From the IMG/VR virus record IMGVR_UViG_3300021399_000004, positions 105,339 through 169,338 of that record: a stretch of 64,000 nucleotides of DNA, one strand, 5' to 3'. Position 1 is the first letter of the stretch, and each line of letters opens with the position of its first letter. Below are positions 15,882-26,569 of this stretch, one piece after another. A program made the translations under genes and the position numbers. A model generated the notes under the pieces. The model searched no databases and was not told the origin of the DNA. It was given only the letters and a program-made list of their open reading frames with translations. Origin of the DNA: a virus.

Positions 15882-15901
15882 TTAGATGTTCAAACATCTA
15901 A
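15882..15901. repeat. Palindrome copy 33 (centre CA), gap 8, orphan promoter
   Basis: -35 15868..15873, -10 15845..15850. No SD or ORF downstream. Confidence 0.95.
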
Positions 15902-16805
15902 CTTCAAAATGAAATAACATCTAACTAAATATTTAAACATCTAACTAGACATATAAATATTAAAATAATTTAAAACTGCTTTAAGAATTTTAGGATTATG
16001 GCAAATGAAAAGAACATTCCAAAATAAAATAGTGATTGAAATGAAATTAACATTTAATATTTGGGATTTTTATTATTTAATTTTATCTAAGAGAAAAAAT
16101 AGTGCTAGAAAATAAAATTATATTAAATTTTTAGAGTAAAAATTATTTCAAAGACATCTAACAAGGCAGATGTATTATGGGATCTATAGTTGTAATATTT
16201 TGTTATATAAAAATATTACAATTAAATTTCAAATTGATAGAATTTAAAGAGTGCTTTCAGTTTTATTTTTAAAATATAATTATGGGTTTTGGTCTGTTTA
16301 AAAATATATTAATAAAAATAAAATAAAATGAAATGAAATTAAATCATGATTAATTAAAGTTGTATACTATTTAATTTATTATATAGAATTTATACTTCAT
16401 TTTAAATTTAGAAGTTTTAGGACTACTATTATAAAATAAAATGAATAGAAAAAATAAATAAAACAAAACGAAATTAGAATTAATTTTAAAATACTAATTT
16501 ACATTATAATATTGGGATTTAAAAGATAGCATATTAGTTATAATTTTTAAATATTTTATAAAATGAAATTGTAAAAATTTAGTTTTGGGTTTTTTCTTTT
16601 TCTTTTTTTAATTCTAAAAAATATTTAAAAATAAAAATGAAATTATAGGATTAAGCAAAAGGTTTAAAATAATTATTTTTTTATAGTTTTTAAAAATGAA
16701 ATTGTGTTTTGGGATTTAGCATTTTTTTTATAATCTTAATAAAAATAATAAAAATAAAATAAAATTACTTTACTATGTTTTGATTTAACTATACATTATT
16801 TTACT

Positions 16806-17175
16806 GTATATTATATATACACATATATGTATATACATATGTATATATGTATATATGTATATATGTATATGTATATGTATATATGTATTATATGTATATA
16901 TGTATGTATATATGTATACATATATGTGTATATGTGTATATATATGTATATGTATATATGTATATGTATATATGTATATATGTATGCATGCATTATATGT
17001 ATATGTATATGTATATGTATATATAGACTTGTATAAATATATGTATATACATATAAATATATTTGTACATACATGTATATATAAGTATATTTAATTATAT
17101 GTATATATTTATGTATACTTACATCTAACTATGTATAAATGCATAAAAAGATCTATATGTATATATGTATAAATA
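16806..17175. repeat. Imperfect (TATATG/TATACA)n alternating pyrimidine-purine tract
   Basis: About 250 nt of almost unbroken TA/TG/CA alternation (16806 to about 17060), then patchier TATATG-rich sequence. No coding potential. Confidence 0.85.
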
Positions 17176-17250
17176 TAAATAATTATCAATATTTTTATTT
17201 ATTTATATGTAAGGAATGAATAAATATATTAATAATCATAAACAATATAC

Positions 17251-17287
<37 letters not shown>

Positions 17288-17858
17288 TCTTTTATTGTAA
17301 AATCTATCATTATTATAAAGCGACAAATATTATAATGTTTATTATAAATATTAATATTACTTATTATATTTTGATTATTTAATTTATTTTAATTAGCAGC
17401 TGCGAAAATTTTATTAATAATATATTATTATCGCTGATCTATTTATCTCTTGTTCATTAATATATTATAATAACTCACGTGCCTGACACTGGCTATGTAT
17501 AAAGTTAAGAAACTTTTCCATAAAGGCGCCCTTCCTACATAGTTCTTTGAAGAAGAAGAAGATGAATAACTAAATAATCTTAACATCTAAAAAGATACAT
17601 CTAAAAATTCTGAGTTTGTTTAGCTCTTTTATTTATAAACATAAAGTAGCTTGCTCTTTTGGATATAAATGTAATGTGGCTTATCGGTTATTGTTAGATG
17701 TGTTAAAAATTATATGATGGTTATTTTTCAGCTCGTTTTTAGATCATTTTTTATTGCGACTTTATTCAACTGTATATGCACACATCTAAATAATGAGTTA
17801 GAAGAACCATACAAAAAGTCCCTCTGCCCGGCGGGGCAGAGGGTGGAAGGGAAGGGGC

Positions 17859-18062
17859 TCACCCCTTCCTGCAGCAGAAGTGAGTGGTCACGGGGTAGAG
17901 CCGCATGATATGCTTAACGATTTCGTAGGTGCCGCGGTAGGACGTCTCGTCATTGACTTCCCACTCTTCACCGGTTTCAACGACGCGGAGGCGGTAACCG
18001 AGGCAGAGGTAGTTGGTGGCAGTGGCATAGTCGCCATGGGAAATCTTGAATTCCTTCATCAT
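17859..18062 (-). CDS. Hypothetical small protein (67 aa), GC-rich block
   Basis: ATGATG at 18062 after GAAAGGAAGG. The 139-aa track ORF is an over-extension across the upstream gene. TGA sits in the loop of GAAGGGG-CTCA-CCCCTTC. Confidence 0.55.
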   Translation of the reverse strand: MMKEFKISHGDYATATNYLCLGYRLRVVETGEEWEVNDETSYRGTYEIVKHIMRLYPVTTHFCCRKG

Positions 18063-18126
18063 TGTATGTACCTTCCTTTCATTTGATGGGTCGGGCGGGG
18101 AGGGGGTGTGCCCCTCCCCGTTCGTC

Positions 18127-18345
18127 TTACCACAACCACTGGCGGATTTCCTGCATGATGCCGCGGTTCCAGTTGCGGCGGTCTTCGAAGTAGAACCCGC
18201 GCGCCTCGGGGTAGTGTTCGCGCGCCTTGCTGTACTTGCGCTCCTTCCACAGGTCAAGTTCGTCTTCGTCGAGGTCAAGGTTCAAGGTGTAGCGGTCGAT
18301 CTCGATCTCGTCGCCGCACTCGTCAATCATAATCAGTACCATCAT
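18127..18345 (-). CDS. Hypothetical small protein (72 aa, acidic)
   Basis: SD AAAGGAGGA then ATGATG; TAA stop; flanked by GC-rich hairpins. Confidence 0.55.
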   Translation of the reverse strand: MMVLIMIDECGDEIEIDRYTLNLDLDEDELDLWKERKYSKAREHYPEARGFYFEDRRNWNRGIMQEIRQWLW

Positions 18346-18405
18346 TTTTGTATCCTCCTTTTTTGTGGTGGGGAGGGGAGGGCTTGCGCCCTCCCCCGAG
18401 GGGCT

Positions 18406-18717
18406 TTACTCGGCTTTGGTCTCGTACCAGTAATCGTCGTTGGTGTTCCAGGCGTGGAACTTGTGCAACCACTCATTGTTCCAGAACTTGATCACGTCCT
18501 TGTAGTTCCAGTAACCGCGGTACCACGCATACAGGTGGGTGGTGTAGGTGAAGGAAACGGTGGCGGTGTAACCGGTGCTGTCCTTCGCGTCGCCCTCGAA
18601 GCGGAGGGTCAGCGGGCGGCGGTCGGTGTAGAAGAAGGAGCAAGCGGTGGCGAGCCAGCGGAGCATGTTGATCAGGTCGGTGTAGCAGGGGGCATGGACG
18701 GTGATGGTGCACTTCAT
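18406..18717 (-). CDS. Early protein family E (103 aa)
   Basis: SD GAAAGGAGAA then ATG. Paralog of 14316..14627 on the other side of the AT-rich island. Confidence 0.65.
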   Translation of the reverse strand: MKCTITVHAPCYTDLINMLRWLATACSFFYTDRRPLTLRFEGDAKDSTGYTATVSFTYTTHLYAWYRGYWNYKDVIKFWNNEWLHKFHAWNTNDDYWYETKAE

Positions 18718-18787
18718 GGTGTTTTCTCCTTTCGTGGTTGAAGAGATTTGAGGTGGGTGGGGAGGGCTCGCGCCCTCCCCGTGGGAA

Positions 18788-19444
18788 TTACCCCAGCAGG
18801 TTGTACGGGTTCTCAGCGATCCAGCGGGTCTTGGCCGGGGCCTTGGGGTTGAGCCAGTTCTGAATGGACATCGTGGTGGTGCCCTTGCTGCTCACCTTGA
18901 AGGTGTCCGTGCGGAACCAGTAGAGGGGGTCGCCCTTGGCCCGAGGGAACTCGGCGAGCCAGTCCATCCAGTCGCACCAGCGGGCGAGGACGAACACATC
19001 GTTGGCGGGGTTGAACACGACCAGCAGGGACGTCCGGGCGGCGAAGTTGTTGACGAGCGCCTCCGGGGAAGGCAGGACCCCGTGATAGGTCAACCACGTC
19101 CCGCCGCCGCTCTTGCACTCGACCGGACGACCTTCCCAGTACAGGTCGGTCTTGCCCTGCGAGCGGGGGAACAGGTCGCCCCAGTGGCAGGTGGTGGCCT
19201 TGCGCCAGTACAGGCGCAGCATCGCCTCGGCCGTCTTGCCGCCCCGGCCCCAGTCCGCGGTGTTCCACAGACCGCTGACCCAATTGATGGCGGGCATCCA
19301 CAGGTCGCGGGGCACGATGGTCTTGTTGAAGTCGAGGCCCTGTTCGGCCAGCCACTCCCACGCCTTGCCACCGCACAGGTCGGCGGGCAGGGTGGACTGC
19401 AGAGTGGCGAGAATCTCGGGGGTCAGGCGGGTGATCATGGACAT
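18788..19444 (-). CDS. Hypothetical protein (218 aa)
   Basis: ATG at 19444 after AAAAGGAGG. The track ORF to 19636 is an over-extension through the leader. TDLYWEGRPVECKSGGG loosely resembles a D..ExK nuclease motif, which is speculative. Confidence 0.55.
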   Translation of the reverse strand: MSMITRLTPEILATLQSTLPADLCGGKAWEWLAEQGLDFNKTIVPRDLWMPAINWVSGLWNTADWGRGGKTAEAMLRLYWRKATTCHWGDLFPRSQGKTDLYWEGRPVECKSGGGTWLTYHGVLPSPEALVNNFAARTSLLVVFNPANDVFVLARWCDWMDWLAEFPRAKGDPLYWFRTDTFKVSSKGTTTMSIQNWLNPKAPAKTRWIAENPYNLLG

Positions 19445-19468
19445 GGAATAGCCTCCTTTTTCGGTCGT

Positions 19469-19495
19469 CCTGCCGGTTTTCCTAATTCCGGCAGG
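19469..19495 (-). promoter_or_regulatory. Leader hairpin of 18788..19444 with AGGAAAA-containing loop
   Basis: CCTGCCGG (19469..19476) pairs with CCGGCAGG (19488..19495). mRNA loop is AAUUAGGAAAA. A second hairpin, GCCG/CGGC, lies at 19539..19556. Confidence 0.55.
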
Positions 19496-19738
19496 GGGGG
19501 TGGGGGATGTCCGGGAGGCGGTGGGGCTTGCCTGCCCTGCCGTTTTCCCTCCCGGCAACCATAGTATAGCACACCGCCCCCAAATCCCGGTTTTTTCTTT
19601 TTTCCCAGCCGGGGGTATGGATTTGGGAGGCATCACCCCCGGAAAACGGTTCTCGCGCGCACCTGCACTTTTTCCACCAACTTTTTATTTTCACAACTTT
19701 TATTCCAAAACTTTTATTTCAACAAACACCTCAAAGAC

Positions 19739-19768
19739 TTGACATCCCTAATCCCCACGTGCTATAAT
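19739..19768 (+). promoter_or_regulatory. Host-type promoter at the head of the plus-strand (right-arm) gene train
   Basis: TTGACA (19739..19744), 18-bp spacer, TGC-TATAAT (19763..19768). Preceded by three ACTTTTATT-type A/T tracts (19681..19720). Confidence 0.7.
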
Positions 19769-19794
19769 ATAAATATCAGGAGGTGTTAACATGT

Positions 19795-21090
19795 ATGAAA
19801 AAACCCTATTCATTGGACTTTAGCATAGAACGTGATATCGACCGCGTAACCGCCGTGGCTGACATCCTTGACCAATTACCAAAAACGCCATCCGATACCG
19901 AACTCGAACAGATGGCTTCCTATATTCTTTGGGGCAAAGACGAAGACGGCTATAATGCCGTCCAACGGGGAGAAGTTACAAACGGTAATACCCGCTTCTC
20001 AAGCTACCGCCGCAAAGACGACAAACTTCTCTCCCTTGACGAAATCGTTGATAACCCACTTTCCGACCAACAAGCTCTCGCTTCTCCTCACGTCCGCACC
20101 GTTTATACCAATAAAAAACCCCAAATTGTGCGGCCGCACCGTGGCAAGGGCGGGGTATGGGATCCAGGAGATAGCGAAATTCCTGGCATGACAGAACTTT
20201 GGGAACGTATAGACCGCCTTGATCATTAGCTTGCCGTCCTCGAAGGAAAAGTTCCCCCAGATGAAACCGTCCAAGTTTGGTTGGATAGTTACCGCATTTA
20301 CCAACTTAAACATATTTTAATTGACTTACGGCGTCACCAATACTATCTTAAAGATAGCTACAAGCCAACCCTTCATTTCCTCAATATCGACCACCCAAAA
20401 CCCCAATTTGTTGATTGGGACTCGGATTCCTTTTACTGGATTCCATACGAAGAATGGTCCGCGCGCGTAACCTCTTCCCTCCTCCCTATCTCCCAAAACC
20501 TAGAAGATTATGAAACAAAAGATTGCGGCGGGAAAATTTTTGTTAAATGGATTGTATCTCGTCACCACTTTAATTGGGAAGATCCACTTCATGTGCGCGC
20601 GCTCATCAACAACTACGATGCGCTTTACGATTAGCTTTACGAAAAGCTAGACACAAGCGGCCGCACCCTTATCTTTGACTTTGAACGCTACCGTGAAATG
20701 GCACATTTTAGCGAAATTCGCAATTATTTGCTTGACCTAAAAATCGCCCGCTATTCTTACGCCACCATCTCCCAAATGCTTTTATCTACCTACGGCCTTT
20801 ACTATAATGAAAATCACCTAAGTACAATTTTTGCCAAAGAAATCCCTCAACAATTGGCAGACACGGCAAAGAAACACCGCCTTATCTTGGAAACACCGCC
20901 AGATCAACTAAAAACATGTTTCCGTTGCGGCCGTGCCTTACCCCGTGACCCATTATTCTTTACACGTAACCGCAGCCGCAAAGATAAATTTTCCTCCAAT
21001 TGTAAAGAATGTGAGCGATTGAGGCGTATAAAAGGAGGTTAGCCGCAACATGACAGAAGAAGTAAAGAAGCGACTTTGCATTCGTTGTAA
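19795..21090 (+). CDS. Hypothetical protein, possible DNA-binding regulator (HTH-like segment plus CxxC..CxxC zinc ribbon at the C-terminus); full length needs TAG read-through
   Basis: ATG at 19795 after CAGGAGG. Track pieces 19783..20229, 20281..20634 and 20698..21042 share frame 1 and are joined only by TAG at 20227 and 20632. A third TAG at 21040 is followed by TAA at 21088. Confidence 0.55.
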
Positions 21091-21997
21091 GCAAGAACGC
21101 GACCCTAGTCAATTTTAGTATACGCCTTCTCCATTCTTCCCTCGTCATCGCTCTTTAATTTGCACGCCTTGCTTAGAAGCAATGGTTAAACCAGATAACT
21201 TCAATTAGGTTGACGCACTTTGCCGCTATTTAGACCTGCCCTTCGATTTAAACAAATGGACTGCATTGTATGCTACCCATAAGGAGCATACACTTACCGC
21301 CTATTTTAATACAATTCTTGATACCCACTATCAAGCATTAAGTTGGGAAGATGAGAATGAACGGTGGAAGCTCGCCAAGGAAGAAGGCACCATTGATGAT
21401 GAAATTAAAGCAATTAGTGAAGCAAAAATGCGGCAACTCAAGAAAACATGGTCTGCCGCCTACACTCCAGAAGAACTTATATTCCTTGATACCTTCTATA
21501 ACCAAATTATAACAACCCAAAATGTTTCTACTCCAATTTTATAGCATTACGCGCGCGACCTTTGCGAAATTGAGTTAAGAATTAAAAAGGGCTTGCGCGA
21601 AGGCGTAGATGTAAAGAAAGACATGGATGCCCGCGACAACATTATTAAAATTGCCCACTTCGAGGCAAGTAATGCTAAAAACGCGGCTGACTTTGAATCT
21701 GTCGGAGAGCTAATGGTTTATTATGGAAAGAAGGGGTGGCATCCGCAATGGCATACCGAGCCTAAAGACTCTATTGACTTTATGATGGAAAACATTCAAA
21801 ATTATTTGAAGAGACTGGCTATAAATGAAGGAAACTTTGCTGAACAAGTAGAAGATAAAAAATAGAGATATAATATGACGGAGCGCTTAGAGGCTATTGA
21901 AAATGAGCAAGTTGAATTTGATGAAAGCGCAGGCATTACATATGAAGGGGAAGATGAATTTGCAGCAGAATTAACAGGAGGCACTGCCGATGGATAA
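21050..21997 (+). CDS. Putative terminase small subunit (N-terminal zinc ribbon)
   Basis: SD AAAGGAGG then ATG at 21050. The frame-2 pieces are joined only by TAG at 21116, 21206, 21542 and 21863; TAA at 21995. Overlaps the terL start by 8 nt. Function is inferred from position only. Confidence 0.45.
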
Positions 21998-23765
21998 TTC
22001 AGTACAAGAAACTATCCCAATTGAAAAAGGTGTCGTCCTTAGTAAAGAATTTTTGGATAAAAACGAAAAACTTTTCACTAAATATTTAAACTATTGGCTT
22101 TTATATCCAGACGCCTTCTTAGACGCAATTCAAAAAAAGGATGATGCAAAAAATTTTCACCTACTTCCATATTAGCGTATAGCTTTGCGCGCGTCCCTAC
22201 GTTACAGATACCACTATTGGACTGCAACGCGCGCGGCATCTAAATCTTTTACCGCATATTTAGCAAGCTACGTCCGAGCAACTCTATTACCAAATTCTAC
22301 TATAATGATTGCCTCTGATACGAAAGGCACCGTTATCAAAATTGCGCAAGCAAAATTTGAGGAGATTTTTACACATTGGCCGCTATTACGTAACGAACTC
22401 ACTACTAGGGTAGATGATGGAAAAACAGGACAAAAAACCAGCGGCAACTACTATGAGCTATATTTAAAAAATGGTTCTATGATTTCTGTCGTTTCTAAGG
22501 ATACAAGCCGTGGTTTGCGCGCGAACGCCGCAATTCTTGAAGAGGCCGCTCAAATTTCCGAAGAAGCATATACAGAAGTTCTTTTGCCGCAAATGAACGT
22601 AAAAAGAAGAGAAGTAGATGGCACATTAAATTAGGAAGAGCCATCTAGCCCTCAAATTTTTATAACAACAGCCACTGACCGCACTGCCTTTATGTATAGC
22701 AAACTAATAGAATGTGCAGTAAATATGGTTTTGCGGCCGAAGGAGTACTTTGTCTGGGGTTTAAGTTACGAAGTACCACTACATTATGGCCTTATCGATC
22801 GCGCAACAATAATGGACCAAAGATATTCAAATAATGTAAGCGATGAATCGTTTTTGCGCGAGAATATGAGTGTTTGGACTGGCAACAATAAGGAGGCTTG
22901 GCTCGATTCTAAGCGCCTTGTCAATCGACGTACTTTATTAAAATGTGAGCGAAAAGCGCAAGAGAATCCATAGAATCCAGATACTTTTTATTTACTAAGC
23001 TGTGACGTAGGCCGCTATAATGCGAATACAGCAATAATGGTTTTTAAGGTTTTACCGCGCGAAAACTATTTCCAAAAAAATCTTATCTATACAGAAGTCA
23101 TCCATGGCGCAAATTATATAACCGAATAGGCGCCAAGAATTAAAAAATTAATTGAGTTATATCATCCACGAGAGGTTGTGATCGATGGAAACGGGCCAGG
23201 AATTGGTCTACTCGACGCGATGGCGCTTCCCTCTTTTAATGCTAAAACTGGTGAGCAATTCCCGGCTTATTATGTCTTTAATAATGATCATCACTTGCCG
23301 CCAGAGATGAAAGCAGGAGCAGAAGAGCCAAAGCCAGAATATAGCGCAATTATTTATGACATAAAAGCTGGCGCGACTAATGATGATGAAATCCATTCTA
23401 ATTTCTTTACTCAAATTAATAATGGTACGGTATCATTACTGGCGAATGAGCGCATTGTAAAAGATAAATTATTATAGACAAAAAAGGGATAGCGGATGAG
23501 TCTATATGATAGAAGAGTATTTTTGTTACCCTATGAAATGACTTCTCGTTTAATAGACGAATTAAATAATTTAAAATTAAAGCCAACTGGAGTTTAGAAT
23601 CAATTTAAAATTGAAAGAATCTCACATTCCTTAGAGAAAGACCGCTTTAGCTCTATGGAATATGGTTTATATAGAATTAAACATTATGAAGAGAAAGCAT
23701 ATTAGAAGAAACGCCGCTTTGACGGTAAAAGATTTGCTTTCTTCTCTCCTAAAAAGAGGGGGTGA
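21990..23765 (+). CDS. terL: Terminase large subunit
   Basis: Four track pieces (21990, 22185, 22692, 23178) share frame 3 and are joined only by TAG; TGA at 23763. Motifs: LLPY-[TAG]-R (P-x-Q motif), ATRAASKS (Walker A-like), AAILEEAA (Walker B), SCDVGRY and VVIDGNGPG (nuclease). Confidence 0.85.
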
Positions 23766-23770
23766 TAATC

Positions 23771-25324
23771 TTGAGCCATGATAAAAATTAGTTCCATTAG
23801 TTTCGAGTGGCACTAAAACCTATTATGCGCGCGCCCTTAACTACCCGAGCATATACAACTCGTAATGGCTATAGGATAACTGAGCCCGTAGCCGAAGACT
23901 TTACTATTGAACAAATTGAAGAGATAATTCGATCTGGAAATTTAGAAGCGATTCGTGAACTTTCTAGATATTATTATCGGACAAATAGCGAGTATAAGAA
24001 TAATATAGATTTCCTTGCACACTTATCTCTATATGACTGGGCAATTATCCCATTGTTTTCTGAAGATGAGAAAGGTTCACGTACATAGATTCTAAAAACC
24101 TTTTATAACGCATGTAATTTCATAGAGAAATTAGATTTACCTGTTACTCTTGCGCGAATAACTACTGAATGGTTAATATCCGGAGTATATTATGGTATTT
24201 TAAGGACAACTGGCAATAAAGTTACCATACAAGATTTACCTATTGAGTATTGCCGTAGCCGTTTTAAGGATTTCAATAATTTAAACATTCTCGAATTTAA
24301 TTTACGTTATTTCGAGCAAATTCGTGATGAAGTAATGCGCGAGGAAGCTATATCAACCTTCCCGCAAATCGTTCAGAAAGCATGGAAGTTGTATATTGCA
24401 CATAAGCGCAAAGAAGGTGAATGGGTCGCAATTCCTCCAACTGAAGGAGGGATAAGTTTTAGTTTTGTTAATGACCCGATTCCTGCACTTATTGCCGCGT
24501 TACCAGAACTAAAAAAGTTAGACGATGCAACTAAACGAGAAGGCAAACGTGATGAAAATGAGCTATATAAATTATTAATTTAGCGCATGCCTATTGATAG
24601 CAATGGAGAGTTAGTATTTTAGCTAGATGAGGTCGCTGAAATCCATTCTTCAGTTGCTGAAATGTTGGCAGATACTGACACTGTTGATGTTTTGACCACT
24701 TTTGGTGAGACAAGTCTAGAAAGTTTACAAGATTCTTCTGCCGCAACGTAGTCTAATGATCGTATGGCAAAATATAAAACTAATGCTTATGGTGCATTAG
24801 GGCGTGGAGAAATTTTATTTAATGCAACTAATAGCACTTCTTTAGGATTATAGATTAAAAAAGATGAAGCACTAATACGAGCATATTTAGACGTGTACGA
24901 AGCCTTTATTAGATTTTACCTTAATGACAATTTTATTAGAAAAGGAGTTACCTTTTCTTTCTAGATTTTGCCAACCACTGTATTTAACCGTAATGAAATA
25001 CAGACTAGCTATTTCCGTGGAGCACAGTATGGTTATTCTAAAATGCTTGCTGGTGTTTCCATGGGAGTATCTTAGATGGAGCAATTAAGTTTGATGCACC
25101 TAGAGAATGAATTTTTGGAAATGTCTGCAAAGATGGTTCCTCTTCAATCTTCATATACTACTTCTGGCACGGCAGTATCTGAAGAAGAAAAAACTCAATC
25201 TTCGGTGAAAAAAACATCAACTACATAGACAATAAATGACATAACTAATACAGGGGGACGTCCTGAGCTTCCTGACGATCAAAAATCGGAAAAAACTCAG
25301 GCTAATATTGAAGCTATTTAGTAA
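23771..25324 (+). CDS. Portal protein (putative)
   Basis: TTG at 23771, 8 nt after AGAGGGGG (GTG at 23807 is an alternative start). I read frame 2 through every gap and found only TAG interruptions. It ends TAG-TAA at 25319-25324. Lies directly after terL. Confidence 0.65.
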
Positions 25325-25338
25325 GGGGGTGAAGAAAA

Positions 25339-26556
25339 ATGGAAAAGAAAATTCCGGTATATTTTGATGGAGCTATTCTTTCTTCTCCTCTTGAATAGAT
25401 TACCCCAAATATTGGGCGGGCAAAAGTTAGAGTATTTACAAAATATGGAAATCGCAATGGTTCTTATATAACCGACGCAGTAGCTGAATAGCTTATAAAA
25501 AGTGCAATTAACGCGCCAGTCATCGGGTTCTTTGATCCTAGCACTCAGTAGTGGGCATCACATACGGGCCCAACATTAGCGAGTGCCTATGGCTTTATTG
25601 AGTCATTTGTGGGTTGGGAGCCATATGAGGACACAGATGGCGTAAGCCGTGACTATGCAGTTTTCACTACTGTATTATTTACTAAATATTTTGATGAAGC
25701 TAATAAAATTATTGGTCAAAATCAAAGTATGGAGTTAGATATCAACACCATTACTGGTGATTGGGCAGATATTGATGGCCAAGAATATTTTGTATATACT
25801 ACGGCAGAGATTCTAGGATGCTGTGTTATTGGTAATCACGAACCGTGTTTCTCTGTTTCGACTTTCTTTGCCCTGAACGATCAAGAATATAAAACATAGT
25901 ATGATAAATTTTCTGCCTTATGTGCTTCTATGGCAGAAGAGTTGAAAAATAACATGCTAAAAGGAGGGGAAGCGACAATGGACGAGCTTGAAAAGACCAC
26001 TCCCGTAGAAGAGCAAAATGACGTGGAGCCTAGCGTGGAATATGAGGCTCCTGTTGATACAGATAAAGTTGATGATGAGCCTTCTGTGGAAGAGGAAAAA
26101 GATGAAGTAAATAATTTTGAGGTCGCTCTGAATGAATTGCAGGCTAAGTTTGATGAACTTACTGCTAATTATCAAACTCTAGAAAATAATTATAATGAAG
26201 CGATTAATCGTATTAATGAGTTAGAAACAAATAATGCTAATGAAGTAAATACGCTTAATCAGACAATTTCTGATCTCCGTGCGGCAGTAGCTACTTATGA
26301 GCAGAAGCAAAATGAGCTAGACGCGAGCCGCAAGGAAATGCTAATAGAAAAATATGAAAAAATAATTAACGACGCAGAAGAAATTAATAATATTAAAGCG
26401 TCTTCTAGTGACTTTTCATATGAAGAATTGGAGAGCAAATTGGCGATAGCTTTTGCAAATCAAGCTATTAATGAAACCAATGAACAAAAGATCCCGCTAC
26501 CTGATCCTCAGGTATCTCAATTTGCTTTATTCATGAAAAAATATAAGAAGAATTAA
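25339..26556 (+). CDS. Prohead protease/scaffold-like protein (putative fusion)
   Basis: ATG at 25339 after AAGGGGG. Frame 1 is joined by TAGs through 25609..25899 and 25930..26556. The C-terminal half is acidic coiled coil, which looks like a scaffold. Lies between portal and capsid. Confidence 0.5.
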
Positions 26557-26569
26557 GGAGGAAACTATT

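Larger units (their letters stand above)
15244..16702 (+). repeat. Iteron-like direct repeats AAAATGAAAT(T), at least 9 same-orientation copies
   Basis: Copies at 15244, 15414, 15651, 15906, 16038, 16325 (tandem), 16560, 16634 and 16693. They are often followed by TGTAGGATT, TATAGGATT or TTTGGGATT. Confidence 0.7.

Noticed and set aside
971-15901. Regularly recurring 20-bp repeat considered as a CRISPR array or as integron attC sites.
   Set aside because: - Spacing is 240-1,200 bp and filled with promoter-ORF-terminator units, not 25-50 bp spacers, and no cas genes are present.
- For an integron there is no integrase in the window, every cassette has its own promoter, and the site is a short perfect palindrome unlike attC.
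971-15901. Palindrome considered as an RNA hairpin, a second terminator, or a GTTTAAAC (PmeI-type) restriction site.
   Set aside because: - The central 2 nt vary while the half-sites are invariant, so only some copies contain GTTTAAAC.
- The stem would be AU-rich with a minimal loop.
- The sites lie downstream of strong terminators, so they are rarely transcribed.
- Helical phasing to -35 points to a DNA-level role.
16811-17094. ORFs translating to YIYIY / MYICI repeats.
   Set aside because: They are direct read-outs of the (TATATG)n tract, with no SD and no sequence complexity.
17880-19742. Many long ORFs on both strands in the GC-rich block (e.g. 18046..18741, 18813..19376, 19082..19564, 19090..19371, 19500..19742).
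   Set aside because: They are high-GC shadow ORFs with Arg/Pro/Gly-rich, low-complexity translations. They overlap the SD-preceded minus-strand genes that have paralogs elsewhere.
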